Source of the DNA: the human T2T-CHM13v2.0 reference genome, Homo sapiens
Reading direction: 5' to 3' (one strand)
Length of the DNA stretch: 64,000 nt
Assembly (NCBI RefSeq): GCF_009914755.1
Contig: NC_060925.1
Position 1 is the first letter of the stretch; each line of letters begins with the position of its first letter. Positions 1-14,890 of this stretch are shown piece after piece. A model generated the notes under the pieces. The model saw only the letters and a list, made by a program, of their open reading frames with translations, was not told the origin of the DNA and searched no databases. Both the position numbers and the translations under genes were made by a program.

Positions 1-826
1 AGAGCAGAACTGAAGAAGATAGAGACACGAAAAGCCCTTCAAAAATTCAGTGAATCCAGGAGCTGGTTTTTTGAGAAGATTAACAAAATAGGCTGCTAGC
101 CAGACTAATAAAGAAAAGAGAGAAGATTCAAATAGACACAACAAAAAATGATAAAGGGGATATCACCACTGATCCCACAGAAATACAAACTATCATCAGA
201 GAATACTATAAACACCTCTATGCAAATAAACCAGAAAGTCTAGAAGAAATGAATAAATTCCTGGACACATACATACACACGCCCCCTCAAGACTAAACCA
301 GGAAGAAGTCAAATCCCTGAATAGACCAATAACAAGTTCTCAAATTGAGGCAGTAATAGCCTACCAACCAAAAAAAGTCCAGGACCAGACAGACTCATGC
401 CAAATACTACCAGAGGTACAAAGAGGAGCTGGTACTATTCCTTCTGAAACTATTCCATACAGTAGAAAAAGAGGGACTCCTCCCTAACTCATTTTATGAG
501 GCCAGCATCATCCTGATAGCAAAACCTGGCAGAGACACAACAAAAAAGAAAATTTCAGGCCAGTATTCCTGATGAATATCCATGCAAAAATCTTCAATAA
601 AATACTGGCAAACTGAATCCAGCAGCACATAAATAAGCTTATCCACCACAATCAAATCAGCTTCATCCTAGGATGCAAGGCTGGTTCAACATAGGCAAAT
701 CAATAAATGTAATCCTTCACATAAACAGAACCAATGACAAAAGCTACATTGCTACATTATTATCTCAATAGATGCAGAAAAGGCCTTCAATAAAATTCAA
801 CACCTTCATGCTAAAAACTCTCAGTA

Positions 827-1293
827 TTGCGGCACTATTCACAATAGCAAAGACTTGGAACCAACCCAAATGTCCAACAATGATAGACTGGATTAAGAAA
901 ATGTGGCACATATACACCATGGAATACTATGCAGCCATAAAAAATGATGAGTTCATGTCCTTTGTAGGGACACGGATGAAATTGGAAATCATTCTCAGTA
1001 AAATAGCGCAAGAACAAAAAACCAAACACCGCATATTCTCACTCATAGGTGGGAATTGAACAATGAGAACGCATGGACACAGGAAGGGGAACATCACACT
1101 CTGGGGACTGTTGTGGGGTGGGGGGAGGGGGGAGGGATAGCTTTAGGAGATATACCTAATGCTAAATGACGAGTTAATGGGTGCAGCACACCAGCATGGC
1201 ACACGTATACATATGTAACCAACCTGCACATTGTGCACATGTACCCTAAAACTTAAAGTATAATAATAATAAAATAAAAAATAAAAAGAAAAA
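827..1293 (+). mobile_element. 5'-truncated L1PA3-like insertion with 15-bp TSD
   Basis: TAAAAACTCTCAGTA at 812-826 and 1294-1308; 3' UTR TAGGAGATATACCTAATGCTAAATGACGAGTTAATGGG; A-rich tail. Confidence 0.9.
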
Positions 1294-2786
1294 TAAAAAC
1301 TCTCAGTAAACTAGGTATTGATGGAACCTATCTCAAAATAATAAGAGCTATTTATGACAAACCCATAGCCAATATCATACTGAGTGGGCAAAAGCTGGAA
1401 GCATTTCATTTGAAAACCAGTGTAAGACAAGGGTACCTTCTCTCACCACTCCTATTCAACATAGTATGGGAAGTTCTGGCCAGGCCAATCAGGCAAGAGA
1501 AAGAAATAAATCGTATTCAAATAGGAAGACAGGCAGTCAAATTGTCTGTTTGCAGATGACATGATTGTATATTTAGAAAACCGCATCATCTCAGCCCCAA
1601 AACTCCTTAAGCTGATAAGCAACTTCAACAAAGTCTCAGGATAAAAAATCAATGTGCAAAAATCACAAGCATTCCTGCACACCAATAATAGACAAGCAGA
1701 GAGCCAAATCATGCATGAACTCTCATTCACAATTGCTACCAAGAAAACAAAATATCTAGGAATACAACTTATAAGGGACTTGAAGGACCTCTTCAAGGAG
1801 AACTACAAACCACTGCTCAAGGAAATAAGAGGGGACACAAACGAATGGAAAAACATTCCATGCTCATGGATAGGAAGAATCAATGTTATGAAAATGGCCA
1901 CACTACTCGAAGTAATTTATAGATTCATTTCTATTCCCACCAAGCTACCATTGACTTTCTTCACATAACTAGAAAAAATGACTTTAAATTTTATTTGGAA
2001 CCAAAAAAAGAGCCTGTACAGCCAAGACAATCCTAAGCAAAAAGAACAAAGCTGGAGGCATCATGCTACGTGACTTCACACAAGGCTACAGTAAGCAAAA
2101 CAGCATGGTACTAGTACCAAAACAGATATATAGACCACTGGAACAGAACAGAGGCCTCAGAAATAACACCACACATATACAACCATCTGATCTTCGACAA
2201 ACCTGACAAAACAAGCAATGAGTAAAGGATTCCCTGTTTAATAAATGGTGCTAGGAAAACTGGCTAGCCATATGCAGAAAACAGAAACTGGACCCTTTCC
2301 TTACATCTTATACAAAAATTAACTCAAGATTGATTAAATACTTAAATCTGAAACCTAAAACCATAAAAACCCTAAAAGAAAACCTACGCTGGCATTTAGG
2401 ACACTGGCATGGGCAAAGACCTAACGACTAACACACCAAAAGCAATGGCAACAAAAGCCAAAATTGACCAATGGGATCTAATGAAACTAAAAAGCTTCTG
2501 TTCTGAAAAAAAAAAAAAAAAAACAACAACAAAAAACAAAAAACTATCATCAGAGTGAATAGCCAACCTACAGAATGTGAGAAAATTTTTGCAGTCTATC
2601 CATCTGACAAAGGTCTAATATCCAGAATCTACAAGGAAGTTAAACAAATTTACAAGAAAAAAACAAACAACCTCATCAAAAGTGGCCGAAGGATATGAAC
2701 AGACACTCGTCAAAAGAAGACGTTTATATGGCCAACAAACATGAAAAAAAGCTCATCATTACTGGTCATTAAAGAAATGCAAATCA

Positions 2787-3241
<455 letters not shown>

Positions 3242-3847
3242 TCAACCATTGTGGAAGACAGTGTAGTGATTCCTCAAAGATCTGGAACCAGAAATACCAT
3301 TTGACCCAGCAATCCCATTACTGGGTATATACCCAAAGGATTATAAATCATTCTACTATAAAGACACATTGGCACGTATGTTTATTGCAGCACTATTTAC
3401 AATAGCAAAGACTTGGAACCCACCCAAACGTCCATCAATGATAAATTAGATAAAGAAAATGTGGCACATATTCACCATGGAATACTATGCAGTCATAAAA
3501 AAGAATGAGTGCATTTCCTTTGCAGGGACATGGATGAAGCTGGAAACCATCATTCTCAGCAAACTAATGCAGGAACAGAAAACCAAACACTGCATGTTCT
3601 CACTTATAAGTAGGAGTTGAACAATGAGAACACATGGACACAGGGAGGAGAACATCACACACCGGGGCTTGTCAGGGGGTTGGGGGAAAGTGGAAGGAGA
3701 GCATTAGGACAAATACCTAATGCATGCAGGGCTTAAAATCTAGATTATGGGTTGACAAGTGCAGCAAACCACCTGGGCACATGTATACCCATGTAACAAA
3801 CCTGCTTGTTCAGCACATGTATGCCAGAACTTAAAGTAAAATTTTAG

Positions 3848-4692
3848 AAAAGTGGGCCAAGGACATGAATAGGCAATTCTCAAAAGAAAATAAACACATG
3901 ACCAGGAAACATATGAAAAAATGCTCTCAACATCACTAATTATCAGGGAAATGCAAACCAAAACCATAATGTGATACAACCTTACTCCTGTAAGAATGGC
4001 CGTAATTTTAAAAATCAAAAAATTATAGATGTTGGCTTGAATTTGGTGAAAAGTGAGCACTTTTTACACTGTTGGTGGGAATGTAAACGAGTACAACCAC
4101 TGTGGAAAACAGCGTGGAGATTCCTTAAAGAACGAAAAGTAGATCTACCATTTGATCCAGCAACCCTCCTACTGCGTGTTTAGCCAGAGGAAAAGAAGTC
4201 ATTATATGAAAAAGACACTTTCACACTCATGTTTATAGTAGCACAGTTTTCAATTGCAAAAATAGGGAACCAGCTCAAGTGCCCATCAATCAACAAGTGT
4301 ATAAAGAAAATGTGGTTTATGTATACCATGGGATACTACTCAGCCATAAAAATGAACAAAATAATGGCATTCACAGCAACCTGGATGGAGTTGGAGACTA
4401 TTATTCTAAGTGAAGTAACTCAGTAATGGAAAACCAAACATTGTAAGTTCTCACTCATAAGTTGGAGCTAAGCTACGAGGATACAAAGGCATGTGAATAA
4501 TATAATGAACTTTGGGGACTCCAGGAAAAGGGAGAGGAAGGGGGAGGGATAAAAGACTACACATTGGGTACAATGTACAATGCTTGGGCAATGGGTGCAC
4601 CACAATCCTGGAAATCACCACTAAAAAACTTCTCCCTGTAACCAAACACCTCCTGTTCTCCAAAAGTTATTGAAATAAAATAATTTTAAAAA
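3848..4692 (+). mobile_element. L1PB-type 3' end
   Basis: ORF2 C-terminus plus 3' UTR GGGATAAAAGACTACACATTGGGTAC...GAAATCACCACTAAA. Confidence 0.8.
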
Positions 4693-4694
4693 GG

Positions 4695-4930
4695 GGAAAT
4701 TAGAAATTGCTTTGAACTGAAGGAAGGTGAAAACATGAAAATGGAGAAGGGGGATTTATAGCATTAAAAGCCTATATTTATAAAGCCTATATTTATAAAA
4801 GCCCATAAAAATTTAAAAATTATTTCAAATCAGTGATTTCTGCTTCTACCACAAGAACCTGGAAGAATAAATTAATCTCAAAGTAAGAAGAAAATAAATT
4901 ACAAAGATAAAGATGGAAATCAATGAAATA
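4695..4930 (+). mobile_element. Old L1M ORF2 fragment
   Basis: GGAAATTAGAAATTGCTTTGAACTG...TTTATAGCATTAAAAGCCTATATT. Confidence 0.5.
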
Positions 4931-5479
4931 GTGTTGTGGGTAGAGAGTATGTTCTCATTTTGTACTATTAGTATATAGCAAAAGTTCATAGCAGTTTTTC
5001 TCTCTGCTGCCTTCTGTTAACCAAAAGGTTGCTGGGTCAGACCACACAAGAAACAAATCTCCTCAAATCCCACCAAAGATTTTTGAGCAGCTTCTGTTTT
5101 GAGCAACCCCCTCATTCTGCAGCCCTCACTTCTTCCCCATGATTTTTTCCTTTTGTCACCCAAAATGTCCGCAGAGCTTCTTCCAACAAACTGACTCTCC
5201 CCAGACCTTTATATGGTGCAACTGGTCTCCTTGCACTACCTGAGAGGCAGAGGCTGCCTTCATTTACCACATCTACTATCTGGATTCTGCGGGAGCTAGC
5301 AGGGCCAGAGACTGAAAGCCCAGGAACCCCTTCCTCAAGCATGTGACATCGGAGTCACCACCTGCTCTAAGTAACCATCTGCTGTTGACTCAGATTGTTG
5401 CACCTCAACATGCAGTGATCGTCACAGGATCACAGGACACCCAACCCTTTGATTCAGCACTTTCCTGTCCTTACTTTCA

Positions 5480-6600
<1,121 letters not shown>

Positions 6601-6932
6601 CGTTAGACTAATGGTTTTACTTCATGTAGTCACTGCATTATTTCATTCTCTTCTTCATTTTTGTATTTTGTTTTTTATATTTGTTATGTATTACTTCTCA
6701 AAAGCTCTAAGGATCTTCCATTGCTGATTATGCTAAAATTTAAGAGTGATTAAGGGGAACCGATTAATATGTTTTTTCATTTTTAAAAAAATAAAGTAAA
6801 ATTTTAACATTCCTTTGATCATTCATCACTACATGTTATGGCTTAGTCTTTTTCTTATGTGGACTTATTTTTAATAGACAATATATCTTCTCTTGAGTAA
6901 CCTTTACTTTTCCAAATCAACATTATGCAAAA

Positions 6933-7010
6933 TTATATATATACACATCATATGTACACACATATATACATATATATACACACAGATATGTCTGTGCATG
7001 TGTGTGTTTC
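6933..7010. repeat. (TA/CA/TG)n low-complexity microsatellite
   Basis: tatatatatacacatcatatgtacacacatatatacatatatatacacac. Confidence 0.7.
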
Positions 7011-9199
7011 ATCCGATGCACGATGGAAGACAGTAGCAACATTAGTTTTGTACAGAGTTTTCAATTTAGAGAAAAAATATGTCATGTGGGTTAAAATTTT
7101 ATTTTATATTTCCTTTTCAACTTTTATTTTCGGTTCAGGCAGTACATGTGCAGGTTTGTTACATGAGTAAGTTGTGTGTCAGTGGGGTTTGGTATACAAA
7201 TGTTTTTGTCACCCAATTAGTGAGAATAGTATTTGATAGGTATTTTTTCCACCCCCACCCTCCTCCGACCCTCCACCCTCCTCCTACCCTCCACCCTCAA
7301 ATAGACTCTGTTGTCTATTTTTCCTTTGTTTCCACGTGTACTCAATGTTTAGCTCCCACTTATAAATGAGAACGTGCGGTATTTGGTTTCCTGTTCCTGC
7401 ATTGATTTGCTTAAGACCTTCGTCTATGTTGCTGCAAAGGATATGTTTATGCCTTTAAAAAAAAAAAGGCATAGTATGTTATGGCTGCATAGTAGTCCAT
7501 GGTGTTTATGTATCACATTTTCTTTACCCAGCCCACCACTGATGGGCATCTAGGCTAATTCCATTTCTTTGCTATTGTGAATAGTGCTGTGATGAACATA
7601 TGAGTGCATGTGTCTTTTTGGAAGAACAATTTATATTCCTATGAGTATATACCCAGTGATGAGATTGCTGGTTTGAATGGTAGTTCTATTTTAAGTTGCT
7701 GGAGAAATCTCCAAACTAATTTACACAGTGGCTGAACTAAGTTATATTCCCACTAGCAGTGTTTAAGTGTTCAATTTTCTCTGCAACCTCACCAACATCT
7801 GTTATTTTCTGACTTTTAATAATTGCCATTCTGACTGGTATGAGATGGTAGCTCATTGTGGGTTTGATTTGCATTTCTTTGATGATTAGTGATGTTAAGC
7901 ATTTTTTCGTATGCTTGTGGGCCACATATATGTCTTCTTTTGAGAAGCCTTTGTTCACCTTGTTTGCCCAGTTTTTAATGGGGTTGTTGGTTTTTGCTTG
8001 TTGATTTAAGTTCCTTATAGATTGTGGATATTATATCCTCGTCAGATGCATAGTTTGCAATTATTTTCTCCTTTCTGTAGGTTGTCTATGTACTCTGTTG
8101 ATAGTTTCTTTTATTATGCAGAAGCAATTTAGTTTACTTACATTGTACTTGTCTGTTTTTTCATTGCTGCTGTTGTTGTTGTAATTGCTTTTGGAAACTT
8201 AGGCATGAAATCTTTGCCAAGGCCTATGTTCAGAATGGTACTTCCTAGGTTTTCCTCTAGAGTTTTTATAGGTTTAGGTCTTACATTTAAATCTCTAATT
8301 CATTTTACATTGATATTTGTATGGTGAAAGGAAGGGATTCAGTTTTAATCTGCATATGGCTATAGCCAGTCATCTCAGTGCCCTTTATTGAACAGGGAGT
8401 CCTTTTCCCATTGCATGTTACTGTCAGCTTTGTCAAAGATCAGATTGTTATAAGTGTCATGCTTTATTTCTGTGTTCTCAAACCTGTTTCATTGGTCTAT
8501 GTGTCTGTTTTTGTACCAGCACCATGCTGTTTTGGTTACTGCAGCCTTGTAGTACAGTTTCAAGTTAGATAGTGTGATGCCTCTGGCTTTGTTCTTTTTG
8601 CTTATGATTGTTTTGGCTTTAGGCTCCTTTTTGGATCCATATGAATTTTACAATATTTTTGTCTAATTCTGTGAAAAATGATGTCGGTAGTTTGTTAGCA
8701 ATAGCGTTGAATCTACAAATTGCTTTATGCAATATGGGCATTTTGACAATATTGATTCTTCCTATCCGTGAGCATGGAATGTTTTTCCACTTCTTTGTGT
8801 TGTCTCTGATTTATTTCAGCAGTGTTTTGTAATCTAGTTGTAGAGATCTTTCTACTCCCTGGTTAGCTGCATTCCCAGGTATTTAATTCCTTTTGTTGCT
8901 ATTGTGCGTGGGATTGCCTTCTTGATTTGGAGCTCAACTTGGACGTTATTGTGTATAGAAATACTACTGATTTTTGTATATCAATTTCGTACCCTGAAAC
9001 TTGACTGAAGTCATTTACCAGTTCTAGGAGCATTTGGGCAAAGACTATGGGGTTTTCTAGGTATAGAATCATATTGTCTGCAGAGAGAGAGTCTGACTTT
9101 CTATCTTTCTATATTAATGCCTTATTTTCTTCCACTTGTGTGATTTCTCTGTCTAGGGCTTCCAGTCCTGTCTCTACTACCGTGTAGATGAATATGAAT

Positions 9200-9395
9200 A
9201 ATTTCATATTCATCCAAAGTAAGCTCCATAGTGAAGGAGAAGTAAAATCCTTTTCAGACATGAAAATGTTAAGGAAATTCATTACCACCAGACCTGCCTT
9301 ACAAGATGTCTTTAGGGAAGTGTTAAACATGGAAGCAAACAAATGTCACCTGCCACCACAAAAACACGCTTAAGTACACAGCCAATGACACTATA
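9200..9395 (+). mobile_element. L1 ORF1 C-terminal fragment in the opposite orientation
   Basis: SEGEVKSFSDMKMLRKFITTRPALQ (ORF 9188..9373). Confidence 0.8.
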
Positions 9396-9398
9396 TTC

Positions 9399-9499
9399 TA
9401 CCGTGTTAGCCAGGATGGTCTCGATCTCCTGACCTCGTGATCCGCCCACCTCAACCTTCTAAAGTGCTGGGATTACAGGCCTGAGCCACCACGCCCGAC
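9399..9499 (-). mobile_element. AluY-like 5' fragment (about 100 bp, no tail)
   Basis: CCGTGTTAGCCAGGATGGTCTCGATCTCCTGACCTCGTGATCCGCCC. Confidence 0.88.
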
Positions 9500-10200
9500 G
9501 GATTGGTAAATTTTTTATTACTGATTAAATTTTGGAACTCATTACTGGTCTGTTCAGGATTTCTGTATCTTCGTGATCCAGTATGGTGTGTATATTCCCA
9601 GGATTCATCCCTTTCTTCTAGATTTTCTATTTTGTGTGCACAGAGATATTCATAATAGTCTCAGATGGATTTTTGTATTTCAATGAGGTCGTCAGTGATG
9701 TCACCTCTGTCATTTCTGATTGTGTTTATCTGGATCTTCACTCTATTTTTCTTCATTAACCTAACTAGCACTCTATTCATTTTATTTACTCTTTCACAAA
9801 ACCAATTTTGGTTTTGTTGATCTATGGATTTTCACATCTGAATTTCACTCAGTTGAGCTCTGGTTGTGGTTGTTTCTTTTTTCTGTTAGCTTTGGGGTTG
9901 CTCTTGTTTTTCTAGTTCCTCTAGGTGTAAGGTTGTTAATTTCAGATCTTTCTAACTCCTTGGTGTAGGCATTTAGTGTATAAACTTTCATCACTGCTTT
10001 AGCTGTGCTCAGAGGTTCTCATATATGTTTGTTTTCATTAGTTTGAAGGAATTTTTTTAAATTTCTACCTTAATTTCATTCCTTACCCAACGCATTCGGG
10101 AGCAAGTTGTTTAATTTCCATGTAATTATATGGTTTTGAGAGATCTTCATGGTATTGTTTTCAATATTTATTGCACTGTGCTCTGACAGTGTGGTAGGTA

Positions 10201-10423
10201 CAAGTTTTCTAGTTTAATTAGGTCCCACTTATTTATTTATTTAAGTCCCATTTATTTATTTCTCTTTTAGTTGCATTTGCTTTTGGGGTCTTAGTCATGA
10301 ATTCTTTGCCTACAGCAATGTCCAGAAGAGTTTTTCCTAGGTTGTCTTCCATAATTTTTATCATTTCACACCTTAAAGTCTTTGTCCATTTTGAGTTGAT
10401 TTTTATATAAGGTGAGAGATAGG
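10201..10423 (-). mobile_element. L1PB-like ORF2 fragment
   Basis: TTGCATTTGCTTTTGGGGTCTTAGTCATGAATTCTTTGCC...GTGAGAGATAGG. Confidence 0.65.
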
Positions 10424-11008
<585 letters not shown>

Positions 11009-11476
11009 AAGGACTCATAGTTGCTTTTTGAGTTCTGCAAAGGTTTATAACCCTCCTTTAGCATATTATGACCAATATGCTATGACTTTCTCGGCTGCTT
11101 TCTTTAAAATAAATGGGTCAATAAACTAATTTTTAAAATATGCAGTCTGAGCAGAGTGAGAGTATCAAAACATCCAGCAGTGCCTTCAGAAACACGGGCT
11201 CTGCATGAAACTAGGGAAGTGGGCACTCTACTACAGTACTCTAGAGATCTGAGGGCTTACTGTTTTGCTTCTGTGGACTGCAAATACATTCCTGAAAGGA
11301 TTCTGTACTTGTCCAGAGAGTTCTTTATCTTTCTGGATGAGGTGCAGATTTCTTGGAGTCAAAAATTTCAATAGGCACTTAATCCCAACCATCTCCCAGA
11401 TGACAACTGCTATGGTCTTCTTTATATTTAATTCCTAGCCAAAAATCTTAATCACATAATATAACATTCTACTACG

Positions 11477-11609
11477 CTCTTCTGGTGGTCTCTGGCTTAA
11501 TTTAGCTCAAGTTCCACAATTTTCTCCACTCTCCTACTTTAGGTCTCAGGTCCTCTTCCCTTGTATACAAGGTTCCTAACTCTTCTCACCTTAATTGGGA
11601 TGGGCCTGA
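11477..11609. repeat. Copy 1 of a 133-bp ungapped direct repeat (partner 13079-13211)
   Basis: Hand alignment at offset 1602: 14 mismatches in 133 bp. Confidence 0.9.
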
Positions 11610-12129
11610 GTGAAACACAGTAACCCAGGGGCCATGAGACAGAATTTTACTAATTTGTGTCACAGGCCTGCAAGGTAACCCATGGGGAGGCTGATCTTTA
11701 AACTGTGCTATCTGAGAAACCACACAGAAATGTGCCTCTGTGTTAAACTCAACTTCTGATACCACAGATCTTATAATATTATCCAGTTATTTTCTCTCCA
11801 ATGCTTAGAAAGAATTGCTGGCATTTCTTCTTGATTCATTCTAGATTCAAGTCTCAGTGTTCATGTTACATTGTGATAACCATTTTTACATAAAGGTTAT
11901 CTGTCAAGCGTTCTCAGTACTTAAGAGCAAGAAAGAGTATCAGTCAGGCTTGGACTCAAAGAGAACTGAGAGGCTGCACACTAAGAATGTGGGCTAAATC
12001 ATCATTTTTAAAGTTTTTTACAAAATATCCAAGTCACAGCCAAGATTATGGCTGACAGCAGGATCTTACGCAAAATGAAGGCCCTGAAGGTGAGAAATGA
12101 GCACAATCCTTCATAAAGGGGGAAATGTT

Positions 12130-12295
12130 AGGAGATTTGCTTAGGGCACTTACCTCTCTAAACTTAGTTTCTTCATTTGAAAATCAGGATAATAATCTCA
12201 ACCTTCTAGTAGAGTTGATAGAATTAAGCAAGAGAATCTTTAAAAGTGCTTTGAAAGGGTACTTGGCACATATCAGGCACTTAATAAATTTTAAT
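12130..12295 (+). mobile_element. MIR
   Basis: TTACCTCTCTAAACTTAGTTTCTTCATTTGAAAATCAGGATAATAAT core; TGGCACATATCAGGCACTTAATAAAT end. Confidence 0.65.
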
Positions 12296-12461
12296 TTTCT
12301 AATTTCAAAAAAGACAGATTAGACTTTGACCTCGATACAATAATCAAAAAGCCTAGACTTCTACCTACTCTAAAGAGAAGTCTTTTACTTAGAAGCCAGC
12401 ATTTTCTAACTAGATCTATGGTAATAATGTCTGAATTGATCTCCTTGGCTCTATTATCTCC

Positions 12462-12761
12462 TTTTTTTTTTTTTTTTTAACTAGATGGATTCTTGCTCTG
12501 CTGCCCAGGCTGGAGTGCAGCGGCACAATCATAGCTCACTGCAGCCTCTAACTATTGGGCTCAAGTGATTCTCCTGCCTCAGCCTCCCAGGTAGCTGGGA
12601 CTCCACACATGTGCCACCATGCTAATTTTTTATATTTTTTTTGTAGAGGCAGAGTCTCACTTTGTTGACCGGGCTGATCATGAACTCCTAGCCTCATGTG
12701 ATCCTCCCATCTAAGCCTCTCAAAGCATTTGGTCTACAGGTGTGAGCCACCACACCTGGCC
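12462..12761 (-). mobile_element. AluJ
   Basis: Diverged dimer with AluJ features ATCATAGCTCACTGCAGCCTC. Confidence 0.9.
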
Positions 12762-13078
12762 CTATCTCTTCTTTCAATGGTTTCATTCTATTGTCAAAGT
12801 TACCTTCTTACACTAGAGAATGTTATTAGCATATATAATCCAAAGCCCCTATTGCCAACCTACAGCAGTAGCCTTGTAGCTCACTATATCTTCCTATATA
12901 CTATACATTTTCAAATGACCAGGTTACTTGCAATCTTCCCAATGTTCCATGAACTCCATTTTCATGTTACTGTTCAAGTTGTTTCATCAACTTGGAATGC
13001 TTTTTAAAACAACTACTGCCATCACTCAAATTTCTTACACACCCATTCCCCCAGGGTTCACATAAGATTTACCTTTCT

Positions 13079-13211
13079 CTCTTCTGTTGATCTGTGGCTT
13101 AATTTAGCTCAAGTTTCACAGTTCTTTCCACTCTCCTACTTTAGTTCTCAGCTCCTCTCCCCTTGTATGCAAGGTTCCCAACTCTTCCCACCTTAACTGG
13201 GATGGGCCTGA
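13079..13211. repeat. Copy 2 of the 133-bp direct repeat
   Basis: TGGCTTAATTTAGCTCAAGTT...TGGGATGGGCCTGA shared with 11477-11609. Confidence 0.9.
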
Positions 13212-13591
13212 CTAAAATATTCCTCAAAAGTATCTTCTTCTCTTTGTTCTAATTCCACATCAGTCTTCTTATTACCTATTAGGTTTCCAAGTAGTTTGAC
13301 ACTAGGAAACAGTGTGCCCTGGAGAAGGGATGAAAGTTCTTTGGTTAATGGAAAGTATTAAACACCACTATAAATTAATGGGTTTGCTTTGTGATCTATA
13401 TCTCAATCCTGTGAGCAATTTTTGTTAATCTAGTACCAAAAAACTGATCATTTTAAGGAAATTAATGAGGTCAAACTTTTGGGCCATCAAGGCTAAAAAT
13501 CAAAGCCTGGACTTCAGTCAGTTGAGCCAGGCGTCCTTCATTTGAGGCCTGTTAGTGTCCAATCAGCCCATTACCACTGTCTCTCCACTCA

Positions 13592-13597
13592 TTTATT
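13592..13597 (-). terminator. Candidate polyadenylation signal AATAAA about 780 nt after the stop codon
   Basis: TTTATT on the + strand in an AT-rich 3' region; ATTAAA variants also at 14234-14239 and 13701-13706. Confidence 0.3.
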
Positions 13598-14375
13598 TAA
13601 TCCCAGGAAAGAATATAATTTTTTTTATAAAAGTGAAGTGAAGATATTTAGGGCATCAACGCTGAAGTAAGAATTGCTTCAACAACTATAAGATAATGGA
13701 TTTAATATATAAAATTCTTTCACTTGAATGTTTTCAACCAGAAGATAAATAAAATTTGTCCAGTGTTGGATTTGTTATCAATGCCAACTTCCTTATATAA
13801 GCTGAAAATATCAAGAATTAAAATGAACCAACAGTGTTCACATTTACAAATAAAAAGGCCCGGAGATGTAAGAAAGATGTTATCGTTATTCCATCTAAAA
13901 TGTGATAGAAGGAATTAGAAACCAATTTTCCATTTTGCTTAAGTAAAAGAAACAGACTCCAAATTATTTGCTATAACATCAATTTTAAATGCACTGATTT
14001 TTCTGTTAGTGTATAAAGCATTTTCAAGCTCAGCTTTTTTAAAATAAGTTTTCAAATGTAAAAACGTTTTCAAAGATAAACTCCTATAACTGACCAAATG
14101 TTTTATGTTACATTCAAATCAAATCAAGAACAAATTTTAAATTAGGATTCAAGGGAGAGTAGTAGAAAATGTAAATAGTATTCTTTGGATATTAAATATT
14201 TTAACTTATTCAAGAACTTTATAAAAATTATTATTTAATTTATGTATTTTGTAATAATGAAAAAATATTTTAACAATTATCTGACATTTCTTTCCTCTTA
14301 GGAAAAGATAACATCTCTTTATAACACAGGTATTATCTTACAATTAAGTGATTACAATGACAACAATTTTATATA

Positions 14376-14560
14376 TCACTTCCAGGTTAATCCAAAAAGT
14401 GGCTTCACTTTCTCATAGGCCACACAGCCAACGCCTACTGCAGGAAGCACCTTTATGATGTTTGAGGTGAAACCCCTGTAAAATCCCAATTTTCCTTCTT
14501 TGGTATATATTTCTTGAATGAGCTGAATCATAGAAGTTGTTTTTCCTTTTTCCACTGGGG
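14376..14560 (-). pseudogene. SLC25A24P1: Exon 10 equivalent, coding part (185 bp): APVEKGKTTSMIQLIQEIYTKEGKLGFYRGFTSNIIKVLPAVGVGCVAYEKVKPLFGLTWK*
   Basis: Acceptor TTATAG|CC with phase 1 matching exon 9; natural TGA at 14378-14376; overlaps ORF 14376..14588. Confidence 0.95.
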
Positions 14561-14689
14561 CTATAAATTGGAAAAAAGTATAATTCAATATTTAATATTT
14601 ATAAATTAAGAAAATCCAATGATAAATGGGAATTTACAGAGATTGAAATTACTTCAGAATATACCTCTCTCCCTACCTGTAGAATGTCT

Positions 14690-14890
14690 TGTGCTGTTCA
14701 ATATGGTACCCACTGGACACATGCAGCTATTTAAATTTAAATTAATTAAAATTAAATAAAACTAAGAATTCATTGCCTCAGTTGCACTGGTAACAATCCC
14801 AAGTATTCACTTGGGAATAGTGACTATCATACTGAATAGCACAGATATAAAATATTTCCACCATCACAGAAAGTTCTATCAAACAACACT
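14690..14890. mobile_element. MER3-like hAT-Charlie MITE
   Basis: GTGCTGTTCAATATGG...TTTAAATTTAAATTAATTAAAATTAAAT...CACAGAAAGTTCTAT. Confidence 0.75.

Larger units (their letters stand above)
7100..10200 (-). mobile_element. L1PA15/16-like LINE-1 (3' end to mid-ORF2) with an internal rearrangement at about 9170-9500
   Basis: 3' end TTTTCAACTTTTATTTTCGGTTCAGGCAGTACATGTGCAGG; antisense ORF2 throughout. Confidence 0.82.
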
